From contig CM007991.1 of NCBI GenBank assembly GCA_002189035.1, positions 1,984,001 to 2,048,000 of the forward strand: 64,000 nucleotides of DNA, written 5' to 3'. Shown here one piece after another: positions 1-11,834 of this stretch. The position numbers and the translations under genes were made by a program. The DNA is from Utricularia gibba. Its lineage: Eukaryota; Plantae; Magnoliophyta. Position 1 is the stretch's first letter. Each line of letters starts with the position of its first letter. The notes beneath the pieces are model-generated. The model saw nothing but the letters and a program-made list of their open reading frames with translations. It made no database searches and had not been told where the DNA came from.

Positions 1-3000
1 CATTTTCCTTTGGGACCTCATTCAAGGCATGACGACTCTTCCAAGCCAGTGATGCACGAGAAGGGACATTGGCATTGCTATCTCCTGAACATTGTTGTTT
101 GCCAAATTCCCTGACATGTGCATTCTGCAGAGCTGAATTCCCAGATTCTTTTGACTGGAATGGGTTAAGTTCAGAAAAAACATATTTTGGATCTTCTGGG
201 ATTTTTGGAACGTATGGAATGACATTTGATTTCAGGCTTGTACGATCACCTGAAAAATTGGACCATCGGTCACCTGCATGTAAATAACTTTTTTCCTCCG
301 ATGGCCCCTGATCTAAACTTGGAAGTAGAATTTTCTCACTCTGGGTGGACGTTCCAACATCATGATCAGAACTTGTTTTCTGTAGCAGAGCTCCTGGATT
401 CCAGGATGTACTGCCAAAAGACGAGACATACCCACTCACAGATCCTAGGTGATTATGTGAGGACATAGCATTGGCACTGCTAGCTGCTTGAACGCTAGTT
501 TGCCTGCTATAACTCGAGGAGCATCCTTCCCACACACAATATCAGATGGGATTAGTGTCCCGGGAGCTCCCATGAGATCAACCAAGCACTCACTGCCAGC
601 ATCAACCGATTCAATATGAGCAATAAAAAAAGCGTAGTATAAAGAAAAAAAACTGCAAAATGTAACCAATGAATGTGAACCAATAAACACAAAACGAGTT
701 TCCAAGACTCATTGGAGGGAGAAAGCTTTTATGACAAAGAAGGCAGACATTTCTCTATCTTTCATCCTATAATCAAGAATATTAAGAGATTCTGTACCAA
801 GTTACATTTTCAACCATTTATCAATTACTGCAGACTGATTTTTTTAAACAAAACAGGTCTAAACTTCCTTTGTTACTTGTAATTTTGACACAACTTAAAC
901 ATATTTCAGTATACTATACCAGCAACATATATTCCAGACCAAAGGATATCATGAACGACTTTGAGGAGATTTCATTTAATATAAAGATTAGAAAATTACC
1001 TATCATCATGTAGCTTTATAATGTTAACAGCATCATCGTCCAAACCAGTGTAATGACTGCCCTTAACTAGTCTGCAAGGTATTCCAATGCTATCAGCTAA
1101 TACCTGCATTCCAAGATAAAGGTTAAATCACCAAATACAAATCATAATATAGAACCAAGTATTTCAATGAAAATAGAGACGAATGAGTCAACATTTTTGG
1201 AATATGACTTCTTTCAGCAAGTACCTTAAGATGCATTCTAACATACATAAGCCTACTAAACAGAATCAACGACCGCATAAATGGATTTGATGCACTTGCA
1301 TCAGAGAACTCATGAAGTGAAGCAAATCCAAAGGTACAAGCGACATCATTGTCAAGCATTTCACAGAGGGATTGCTAAATATTTTCAACAATATTTTAAT
1401 CCAATCATGCATTTCATCTTGCCCTCATTCACTCCTTCCTGACTAATAATTAGCATCTCTCACGAAACCTTACAGCATCGACTTCTATGCATTCCCTGTG
1501 TTATTCATTCATTTTTTTGGCAATAAAATTATTCACTCATTACCTATTATTGGTTGGTCAGTTTAAGAAAAGCAGAGCCGATTATCAGGAGATCCAGCAA
1601 ACAATTGTAAAGTACCACAGTCACAGTCCTATGATGTGCTACAAGCAAGACTAGAATATCTTGAGAAATTAAACTTGCCTTAAAAAGTAAAGCACGGTGG
1701 CGTGAGAGGCCAACTTTTAGTGATCCAATAGGCAGAACAACTGTGTGAGGGGACATCCTCAGCTCCAATCTTCTTTCCATAAAGTTTGCTAGAATTATAT
1801 TTGCATCATGCACAGGGCCACCCAAATGCTTAGTGACAAGTTCGGCCAATCTCTGAACAAGCACACGAATTTCAGTGGTAGGACAGTCTAATAAAATACA
1901 GCGTGCTATTTGCAACAGCTCCTCAAGGCAGGATCTATCTTCCTGTTAACTACAATAACTTCATAATTCCATCCCCCAGTATTGCTCTCCAGATCGGCCA
2001 GAGAAGGCATGTTTTCTTGAGCCGCTGGATCAGATGAAAGATTTTGAACATCATAGAAACCATCCACTATCCTCTCACCAAAATCAAGGATGCCGAAATC
2101 CTAAGAAATAGATGCCAAATGCCATATTAAAGACGTTATTTTTGGTGTACTGTAAGCCGCAGGATCAAAATGTACATTAGACATTATGGTAATAAAGTAA
2201 ATCTCGACAAAAATCATCTGAAATAACCATAGCTAATCAAGCATGAATAATGACTTTTTAAAAATTCAGATGAACAATACTGATCAAAAGCTTAATTAGT
2301 TACTGCTAAATTTCATAGTTTGTTCGACAGAATTTCAAGAAGATCTCTGTCAGCAACAAGACCTTGTCTAATTTACTATCATGATTCGTTCAAGTACGAG
2401 AATGCTGCTAGTTTTTTTACAGGCTAATTATCTACGTTGAACATTCTATTATAGAAGCCGAAGGTAGTAGACAATTAAAAAGCAGACATGAGCTTTATAG
2501 TGAGAAGCACCCTTCCAGTCGAGCCAGATGGTTTTCCCCCCTCAACTAAATCAATTTAAGAATTGCAAAGACTTGCAAGAAGTAATATTTAAGCCATCCT
2601 GATGTTCAGCTACTCATAACAGAGGTACCAAACCAACAAAATTCTTGAAAGGCATTTTTCAAAGTAGGTCACCGGCCGCGATCACTCGACCGAAGAACAA
2701 GAGAAGCTGAACTAACCCAGTAACGTCGGGACAATAGATCAGCATCCAATTTCCCGTCCTGCACCTCGCGGTGGATCGGAGACTTCCCAGAGTCAACAAG
2801 TGCACGATCCTGACCAGAGGATGACACGCTAAGCGCCAAAGCTAGCTGGACCTGATACTCCTCCTCTGAGGAGAAGTAATCTTGTTGAGACTGCGACTGA
2901 GGCTGCGGCTGCACGGAATTACCCTCAGCTGTAACGGCGGATGATGCGGCGGCCCCTGAGCACGACGACGACGTCGACGGCGAAGGAGGTGGCGGCGTTT

Positions 3001-3057
3001 GGGGTTGTCATTGGAACGATGAGGATGGTGATGAAGCTTCCTAAGAAGGTGCTTCAT
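1..3057 (-). CDS. EDR1: EDR1-like Raf/MAPKKK serine-threonine kinase, N-terminal part (multi-exon, runs off the left edge; kinase domain is outside the window)
   Basis: Starts MKHLLRKLH, then [25 protein letters not shown]|[37 protein letters not shown]|[35 protein letters not shown] and [15 protein letters not shown], all matching EDR1-type N-termini. GT-AG introns (exon 1 ends at 2717). Three apparent 1-nt deletions (3001-3004, about 1921-1928, about 500-560) must be repaired to join the frames. Confidence 0.9.
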
Positions 3058-4169
3058 CGGTGATGAGCTCCGGCAGAACTCCGCGTCGTCGGGGTTTTTC
3101 GTCGTTTTCTACTGTCAATTTGTAGGACAAGAATACAAATCCGAACTCCAAATTAAACCCTTTTATATTTATTGGCTATCTTTTTGCAGTAAAACAATTT
3201 TTTAATTATTTCAATTTTCACTATTTTTTACATTAAAAAACCCAAATCCAACTCTAGAAATATAATATTTCACGAATAATCCCAAAATTATTAATCGTAA
3301 AACAAAGTTTAAAAAATATATTAATATAAACTTTTATACACTTCTAATTTAAGATATGTAAAATTGATAATTCAAGTGACATTATTTCCGTACTCTTCTT
3401 ATTTTTTATATGTATCTTAATTTATCAATCAAACATATATTTATTTTATTTATATATTTATATTAAAATATTTTACATTACAACACGTTTAAAGAGACCA
3501 AAACAAATTTACGTAAAAAAACATACAAACATAAAAAAAGGTTTTCCACGTGCTTATAATCTCGTCCCCAACGCTAACATCTTTAATGCATCCTGTATTA
3601 GTTGGTTAAACACGATCACTAAGCAATTGGGCATCGTGGCACTAATCCTGGACCGTACACGTGTGCGATGCAGATTTAAAAAGATTCAAGAAATGAAAAT
3701 GACTCCTCGTATACATACATACATACATAGCATCAGTATCACGGAGTCGTTGGGAGGTATGAAGGACTCGCGGGTCCCTCAAGGACTCGTGCAGCGTCGT
3801 TCGTCAGCGGATCACCTTGACACGGGGACTCGGGACCCCGATCCCATCCCTATCTTCTCTCCGCCTCGTCGGATGGTCGTCAGCACCTTCAGTCACTTGT
3901 TTTTATTAAATTTAGTTAAATAATTCTTATAAAAAAATTTAAACAAAATTTAAAAAAATTTAAAAATTATTGCTATTTTTCATAATATTATTATAATAAA
4001 TTTAACTCGATTAAACCTATTTTAAAAAATATTCAATTCAAGAAAATATCTAAGGGAATGGATGAGGTGCATATAAGAAGTGTGATTTGAGTGATTGGAG
4101 TCGGCTATAAAAAATCAGGGGAATCAAAAAGCTTTATAATACCTTATAATTGAGTCAGCCATGGCGGCG

Positions 4170-4277
4170 CACGTGCGTATTGTCAATGGCGGTCTGTCCA
4201 TTTCCCCCGTTTCCTCCCGGTTTCGTCATTTTGCTCGTTCCCATTTCGCAGAAGCCTCATCCCTTCGTGTATATAAG
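4170..4277 (+). promoter_or_regulatory. G-box (CACGTG, 4170-4175) and TATA box (TATATAAG, 4270-4277) upstream of the VQ gene
   Basis: Motifs read directly; the TATA is about 57 nt before the ATG at 4334. Function is inferred. Confidence 0.5.
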
Positions 4278-4333
4278 AGGGGGCAGCGCCTTGGATCTCG
4301 ATCCTCAAGCTCAAGTTCAAGCACAATCTCGAA

Positions 4334-4759
4334 ATGGAGGGCCGCAATTTGCGATCAATCAAGACCAAATCCGCCGCCAGATCCAAAGATCCACTCAAGG
4401 TCGTCTACATCTCGAGTCCGATGAAGGTCAGGACCAGTGCCTCCAATTTCAGATCGCTGGTTCAGCATCTCACCGGAAAACACTCCGACATCTCGCGCTA
4501 CTTTGATTCCCCTTCCCCCGACTTCATCGACTTCGAATCCGATGATTCGCCGTACCATTCCGATTCGCGCCAGGTGTCCTCGGAGATTTCGCGGGAGGAT
4601 AGTCCCAGTTCCAGTGCTATGAATTCGCTATTCAACCAGACGATGGACGTGGAGGAGGCGTTTCTTCCGGAAGGATTTGCCGGCGGCAGTGAGTTTTTCC
4701 TGCCCGATTTCTTCTCGTCTGAGTTCCACGCGCTCCCGAGCTATGATGAGTTGATCTGA
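4334..4759 (+). CDS. VQ-motif protein, sigma factor binding protein (SIB1/SIB2)-like
   Basis: Intronless 141-aa ORF with KVVYISSPMKVRTSASNFRSLVQHLTG (FxxhVQxLTG) and an acidic/Phe-rich C-terminus typical of SIB proteins. Confidence 0.9.
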   Translation: MEGRNLRSIKTKSAARSKDPLKVVYISSPMKVRTSASNFRSLVQHLTGKHSDISRYFDSPSPDFIDFESDDSPYHSDSRQVSSEISREDSPSSSAMNSLFNQTMDVEEAFLPEGFAGGSEFFLPDFFSSEFHALPSYDELI

Positions 4760-4982
4760 GTCTGTTCCCCTGTATATCTGTTCGCCGCCACCATTCCCTT
4801 CCATTTATTCATATCTTCTTCAAAGATTGTAATGTAGTTCTTGCGCAGACAACAAGCTCATTCATTTATTGCGATGCCAACATTCAGTCATGAAACTCAA
4901 GTCTCCAGCACAAGTAGTTAACTGCATAACCAAATCGACCATAGAGGGTAGAGGTCGCTGAAAACAATGAAAGTTGTAGCCT

Positions 4983-6553
4983 TTAGGTGCACTGCGCGCG
5001 AGCCACCCCGAGCTTGGAATTGGGAACGTCGATGAAGACGCGGTGGTTCTGTTGCTGGAATGTGGCGATGACGTTGAGGACGGCGTTGACGGACCCCTCA
5101 GGGCGGCGGCCATGGCCAGGCAAGAGAGCGTCCCGGAGGAGCTATGTATCAGGAAGTTATCCTGGGGCAGGCTCATGTTCATCCCCCGGAACATGAACGT
5201 CACCGTCGGGATTGTCACAGGAACCGTGTAGCAGGTGTCGAATCCACCAAGCGACGACACCGTCGCGTTCCCCATTTGTCGCCGGAACTCGTCCCTCACG
5301 GCGACGTAAGCCGGCTTCACCAGCATACTAAACACCGTACCGGAATCGAAAATGGTTCCGCCACCGGTACTGGGATCGAACGCCAGAGCGCTGGGCGGAA
5401 TACCAACGCCTCGTCTCCCAACCTTAATCCCCACCAGATCCACATAGTAGAACGACGATCTCCTAGGGTTCTTCAGCAACGGCGTCGTCTTCATCACCTT
5501 CGTGGGCTGACTACTGGGCCCCAGACTCAACCACCCACTGAAATTGGGAGACTTGTAGCTGGGCAGGCAGTAGGAGAACGTAGACTGATACAGGCCGGAT
5601 GTTTGGGCCAATAGAGACAATGGGCCTCGGCCCAACCCCAGCAGTCCTTGCGCTGGTAGGCTCGGCCCAGTTGCGTTCCCGACGCAGCCGAATGTGTAGC
5701 TCGGGACGGTCTCGCCGGCGAGGGTGACGTTGTCCTGCACCAGCGTCGCCGATATCGTGGAACCGCCGTACGTCATGTTGAATCCACACTGGGCTCCGGC
5801 GCAACTCCGAATGGGTACCTATAATTAATTATTTCAAATAATTATTCAGAAAATTCCAATTTTAGGATCCACCGGGTCGGGTCACCGGGCCTACGGCCCG
5901 AGACAGAAGGGGAAATATGTGATCCATCAATCACATGATTCTCTTACACAGCTAAAAAGTGTAATGACAGGCATCCCCATTCTGCGGTTCCTCCTCACGG
6001 GTGCGCAAAACGACAACGTGAAGAACATAATTTTTTCATTTTTTTCTTTTTTCTTTTTTGAATGATAATAGGGTAGAAAAGCTACGTATGGAGTTGTGGG
6101 AATTCTAACCTGGGTGCATTGGGGTGCGCCGCAGGTGATGGGCTTGGAGGTGCTGGATTTGGCGGGGCTGTAGGCGGCGGCGGTGGGAGGGCACCCGAGG
6201 CAGCCGGCGCACGGCACCCATGCGGCGTCGTTGCTGGTGTCCACGGCCAAGAAGAGGTTCTGAGCCGGAGTTCCGATCTTGGCCGAGACAATGTAGGTCG
6301 GGTTCTGGGTGACGGCGCGGCCGGAGGCCAAAGGGACGACGGCGGCGAGGTGACGGAACCGGGATTCGTCGTTGCTTTGCGTCCGGATGATGGTGGCGCG
6401 CCATGGAAGTGGGGCTTTGGGTCTGAATGGAGAGCAAGGGCTGTTCACATGGATGAGTCTCAGAGCTGAGTCGCTGTGGTGGAAGTTGCAGTTGAGGCCT
6501 GCCGCCGATCGGGAGAAGAAGAAGAAGAAGAAGAAAACGAATAGCCACTCCAT
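4983..6553 (-). CDS. A1 aspartic protease, AED3-like (secreted), 2 exons: 6553-6110 and 5818-4983
   Basis: Signal peptide MEWLFVFFFFFFFSRSAAG, catalytic motifs LAVDTSND and TIFDSGT, FSYCLP. The C-terminus APEGSVNAVLNVIATFQQQNHRVFIDVPNSKLGVARAQCT* is recovered by adding 1 nt at the 5101-5103 run. Confidence 0.9.
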
Positions 6554-6770
6554 TTTCGAGTGAGGAAAGTCGACTGGGGTGCCCATCCTTATATACGAGT
6601 GCCAAATAATAAATAAATATTTTGTAATAAAATAAAAATCAAATTCACATCATATTCTTAAAAATAGCAAACATTTTTCAAAAATAAAAATATCTTATGC
6701 TATATAATAAAACTATTTCAATGATCCCTAATGCAACATCAAATTAGAGGGCTGGAAAATATAAATCCAT

Positions 6771-6851
6771 ATTAAATATTATTTGAATCATATGATATAT
6801 ATATAGTGATTAAATATTATTTAAGTCATATGATATATATAGTGATTAAAT
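6771..6851. repeat. AT-rich tandem duplication, two units of about 37 bp
   Basis: attaaatattatttgaatcatatgatatatatatagtg followed by attaaatattatttaagtcatatgatatatatagtg. Confidence 0.8.
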
Positions 6852-7163
6852 CATGGGAGTGTGGTGCAGTCTGGAGAGCAGTTGTCTCCCACATGATATG
6901 ATACCACTAAATACTTGTTTCTGTTCTTAATTTGATGAAAAATAAATGACACAGATTAATAATTCTAAAATATAATTCAGATATTTATTGTTTTACAAAA
7001 CCTCATTCTACGTAATTTCATGTGTATTTAATCCAACTAATAAATTATTTTTGTTTCCATACTATTTAATTATCTTAATTATAAATACGTATCGTGTAGA
7101 TTAACCTACACATATATCAAGAAATACAAAAAATCAAATATATATCTATGAAGATATATAGAG

Positions 7164-7190
7164 ATCTATCTATCTATCTATCTATATATA
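7164..7190. repeat. (ATCT)5/(AT)n microsatellite
   Basis: Read directly: atctatctatctatctatctatatata. Confidence 0.8.
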
Positions 7191-7297
7191 TGCATGAGAA
7201 AGGAGATGACATTGGTTCTCAATCATAAAAACCCTGGGAAAGCTTGGATTCGGCGGTCGACCGTCGTTGATATTTAGAGGTTCCGTTCTTGTTGACC

Positions 7298-8357
7298 ATG
7301 TCTTCAACCGAAACCTCAATCGGCGGTAAGGATTCGTTACCATGATTCCGTGTTTGTAGGCCTGGAGTTTTGCTGCACTAACCTATGGTTGCTTTTGGCA
7401 TTGGCAGCGGCGGAGGCTGTTTGCGAGGAGGTTGCCTCTCTCGCAAACTCCGATTCGACGGAAACCCTGGCTCCCAGGGCGCAGCGGGATGGGGATATTA
7501 TCACAAAATCGTCCACACAGCTGCCTCCGAATAAGTACGGTCCTTGGGTGCCGATGGATCAGGAATGCGATCTCGAGAGAGAATCGAAACTGATGGAAAC
7601 AATGGAGTCTCACGTTCGGAATTTCGGAAAGTCCAGGCCCTGCCTGAGATTCTTGAACAAACTACAGCATCCCTTCATGTTGAACAGAGTCTCGCGAGTC
7701 TTGGGGTACGGAAGGAGGCTGCCTATGGTGATATACGGCATCGGGAGCCTCGAAGCTGATGAATCCCCTCGACTGCAACTCAGCCTCGCTCTCGCGATGC
7801 AGAGGAGCATCCCCTGGATCGGAGACATCGAAGTCTTTGACCCCGTGCTTTCCCTTACGGAGTTGAAGGTCCTGCGGTCTCTGGGCTGCAAGGTGCTTAT
7901 GATGAACGAGCAATGCCGGAGAAAGGCTCTGGTACCGACGCTTTTCTTCATGCCGCACTGCGACCTCGACATGTACGAGAATCTGCTGGAAACGAACTGG
8001 GAAGCCCCGCTGCTGAGCCGGTGCATAATTTTCGGAAACAGCTTCAGAGACTACATCAACCAGTTCATCGAGTGCAGGATGCTAAGAGCCACCTTTGATC
8101 CATCGAGGATGCGCATATGGAACCTGGCTTGCAGCAGGTTTATTCAGGAGATGAAAGTCACCGGCTTCGGTGGTGAATTCTCGGGAGCGTTTGACTATTT
8201 GAGCTGGCATTTTTTTCTGGAGCAACCCCCAATGGACGCTTGGGTCTGCTGCTGCGGCTGGTGCTACAACAATTTTCTGAGGATTCCTCTGGTGCTTTGC
8301 CATGGCCTTTCTTTCTACCAGAGCTACCCAGCAGCTCACTACATACTTTGGGGTTGA
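7298..8357 (+). CDS. SRR1-domain (SENSITIVITY TO RED LIGHT REDUCED 1-like) protein; exons 7298-7325 and 7408-8357
   Basis: [53 protein letters not shown] and SWHFF match SRR1. The phase-1 GT-AG intron 7326-7407 joins the ATG at 7298 to the long ORF. Confidence 0.85.
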
Positions 8358-8704
8358 AGGATGTGGCGCACGTGTCTTGTATATTATAATTTGGGGAAAA
8401 AAAGAGGGTAGCCGTAGGTCCGTAGGAAAGGTGTCGCCGGTGTATGAGATGAAAAGGCAGATTTTACCGGCGGCGCCATCGCCGACGGTGATACATTTTC
8501 CGAATTTCGAGGCACTGATTCTTTTCGGATCGAAGCAGATTCCCAAATTTCGCCGTCCGTTCCGAACTTCTCGTCCCCGCTTGGTCGCCCGCGAAAATAA
8601 CTGGAAGAATTAATGTTGAGTAGAAATTTCAGCAATCAGAAGCATAAAAAAACCACCTTTTCACCCCACTTCACGTACCTTTTGCTGAATGATAAACGAA
8701 CCAG

Positions 8705-8712
8705 AAACCCTA
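8705..8712 (+). promoter_or_regulatory. telo-box AAACCCTA upstream of the mS26-like gene
   Basis: Exact motif about 160 nt before the ATG; telo-boxes are common at genes for translation machinery. Confidence 0.45.
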
Positions 8713-8870
8713 GATCGGAAAATGTCCTGGGCAATGTCTAGGCTGATTTTCTATTTCGTGTCTTTCTGGGGTAATTATGAAATTAATTGATTTAGTGGGG
8801 TTAAGTATGAATTCGGCAAAGCTATAACTTCACTGAATCTCGAACCCTTGCTTCACCGGCGGGAGTGTTG

Positions 8871-10130
8871 ATGGCGTTACGACTTTTACCTCGACGAGGC
8901 ATCGCCGTACGAAGATTCTGCACTTCACCGGCACCATTAGAATCCAAGTCATCTTCATCGCGCCATGATTTTCTGCCTCCGAGCTCCTTTATTGGCTCCT
9001 GGAAAACCTGCCGGGACCCTAAGGAGGCCGCCGCACAGTTAGACCTTCTTCGGAGAAATTACAACAAAAAATTCAAGGAAATGCGTAAGGAGTACATTCA
9101 GGAGATGGAGATGCAGAGAATCGAGAAATCGAGGAAGGATGAAGCCAGAAATACGGCGTTGAGAATTGCGAATGAGGAGAGGAGAGCGGCGAAGGATGCC
9201 AAGAAGAAGGCCGAGGCGATTGAGAGGAAGGCTGCAGAACAAGAATTCAGAGAATTGCTGGTATGCATTTTTCTTTTTCATTTTACCTCTTCAAGCTAGA
9301 GCTTTTATTATTACATTCTATTCTATTCATGTCTTCACTTGAAAATTCTGTTAAACATCCATCATGGTACTAGTTGCGTGCTATGTCTTTTAACCATTCT
9401 TGTTGTTCAGATGAACGTAAGTGCTAGTTCTTATTTGTTCTGGTTATGCTCTTGCGTTCTATTTCAGTGAACAAGATCACCTGATATTATGACAAAGTTT
9501 AACTCAAATTCAGGCATTTGGTCATTATTGTCCTTGTGAAGATTATATAAATTCCTGCACGCCACAATTTGTGTATACATGATGTGCTCAATTTTTTGCT
9601 GCATATGGAATCACCCATGCTTGTGAATTTCTTGTGTCCCTTGGATCTAAATCTCATGAGGGAGCATTTCCCTGTGCATGTGTTTGGTTGCTTGATTTAA
9701 CAATGTGCTGAGTAACACTTCAATTTGACCCACCGAGGGCATTGTATGTAATGAGTGTAGAAATGAGGTTCACAAAATTTTGTGATACCGAGTATGGAGC
9801 CATGAGATGGTGGATGTGATTCAAAGATACACAGAATTGTTCATTTTACAGGCGTTAGAAAACCCCATGTTCATTTTGTAGAAGCATTTGCATGTATGTG
9901 GGCATTTGTTTATTTCTCTTACTCTGTATCTTAATTCTATTTCGCTTGCTACCTTGCAGATGAAAGAAAGGGCGGAGAAGCTTGAATACTGGAGGGAACG
10001 CGAGGGGAAAATTAGTGAGAAGAAGGCTGAGAAGAGAGAGCTTTTGCGCAGACAAAGTTCTATGTGGATTGATGAGAAGGAGATCGAGAGGAAGGCAGTG
10101 GAAGCCATAGGCAACCCTGCTAACCTGTAG
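8871..10130 (+). CDS. mitochondria-targeted coiled-coil protein, probably mitoribosomal small-subunit protein mS26-like; exons 8871-9260 and 9960-10130
   Basis: Arg-rich presequence (MALRLLPRRGIAVRRFC), then LRRNYNKKFKEMRKEYIQEMEMQR, EQEFRELL|MKERAEKLEYW and ELLRRQSSMWIDEKE. Clean phase-0 intron. The mS26 identity is from memory of the Arabidopsis homologue. Confidence 0.75.
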
Positions 10131-10660
10131 AATTATCTCTTTGCAGTCAGAGGTAATCCAAACTCGTATTTCATGAAACATGATGTTCTTGTCGGTGAAG
10201 CTGATCTGATACATGTTAGTGTTTTTCTGTGTCGAATATCTTGCAGATTTCAATTTCGTTAAAAAAAGCTGCTTAACTTGCAGTATGGTTCGTAGCAGAA
10301 GAATTCCATTATTTTGCTGTTGTGTGCTGAAGAAAGAGCGCACATATCTGCCCTCCCCTCACAACCTCCACACCATGTGTTGTTCTCCAACCAACATGTT
10401 GTCTAATTCTTATCACCGCCCACTGGGCCTCTATGTCTACCACTCTACCTTCATGAAATATTTCAACTTGGCCTTTTCACATAAACGTTCATGTCATGAC
10501 AAGTGTGGCGTTTTCGAAACAGAAAGCAAATCCTAATATTTAGAAAATAGCCTACATGTATAGATCATAAAACCAAGACTCAGAATCACCATGAAGACAG
10601 AGAAAAAGTAGCTCAAGCTCATCGCCATGTAGCTATCGAGTTGGCAGAAACGACGGGGCC

Positions 10661-11302
10661 TTAGCGAGCTTCATACTGGACAACTGCATGATCAAGCAAG
10701 AGCATATGTGAAAAATAAGGTCAAGACCGAAACTAGATAGCATGTCTGATGAAAAAGCTCATGTTCTATAGGACTATAGGAGCACTCAACAAACTGAACC
10801 CGTTTCCCAAGGATGCAACATCCCAACTCTTTCAATGGCGTTTCTTTTACTCCTCCATAAGAACTACAAGCAAAAGAAGTCACTACCAGCCACTAAGTTT
10901 TAGGATCTAAAATGAACCCCTATGCTCCACAACCCCATCATTCAAGCATAAGACCCAAAGAACACATCAGCAGATGCACAGAGTCAATATCTATTTGATT
11001 TAGTGATGAAAAACAAGCATCTTATGATGCCACCAAATTCACAGGCACCGAGTTTCCAGGTATGTAAATCAATTACTTCGGCGGGTGCGCTTCTTGTAGA
11101 GGATACGATATCCGCACTCGCGGCACTGGATCACGTCCCTTGCTTCAGAGTGTTCTCTTGCCCACAGTCTGCAGAACCCCGTAATTTCATCAAATGAACT
11201 TTGACAATTCACTGCAAGAAAACAGTATGCTATGGATTTAAATGTTCCCAATTTCCAATTACCTCCACAGATGTAGCTAACAGGCTCAGGCTGCGCATCC
11301 AT
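10661..11302 (-). CDS. NRPB12: RNA polymerase II/IV/V common subunit 12; exons 11302-11263, about 11168-11077 and 10683-10661
   Basis: [51 protein letters not shown], a zinc ribbon. Needs one added G at 11137-11139. Confidence 0.92.
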
Positions 11303-11336
11303 CTCTGCGATATACCCTGCTCTATCGGATTGATTC

Positions 11337-11560
11337 TAGGGTTTCTCCTTGAACAATTCTGATTTACCTTAAACACTTCAGTAAATTGCCCCTCCACCCT
11401 CGTATTATGGTATGTTGTTATTTTGAGTCCTTGGAAATCAAAGAATTTTCAATAGCCCCCTTGAAATTGAGCCCTTGTTACGCAGAAGGCCCATTATGGT
11501 AACAGAGTTTTGAGCCCACGGGATTCATCTTCTTCTTCATTCTGGTTCAGGCCCTCAGGG
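11337..11560. promoter_or_regulatory. shared divergent promoter with a telo-box (11337-11344) and site II-like (G/A)GCCCA motifs
   Basis: tagggttt, aggcccat and tgagcccac lie between two head-to-head ATGs (11302 and 11835). Confidence 0.55.
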
Positions 11561-11834
11561 GTTATCTCTGTCATCATCTGTTGTCGCAGCCGGTGGTTCC
11601 GCAGGTAACCGTCGTTGTCCTGTTTATGTAAGTTTCCGTTTTTATTGAGTATGTTTTTTTTCTATATGTCGGAATTTCTTCTTCATTTTTACTGCAATAC
11701 GGATTGATTCGCCTCTTCTTTGACTCAGCGAAAAAGCGTTTCTTATCGAAGCCGAAGGGATGGAATTTGCCTTGCTTCCATAAATTATAGCTTAATCGAA
11801 AACTTTCAGGTGCGATTTGTGAAACTGGTGATAG

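Noticed and set aside
6854-6895. tRNA/SINE-like start GGGAGTGTGGTGCAGTCTGG with a TGGGAG/CTCCCA stem and a USE-like CTCCCACATG
   Set aside because: No B-box (GTTCRA), no cloverleaf and no suitably spaced TATA box; too short to call.
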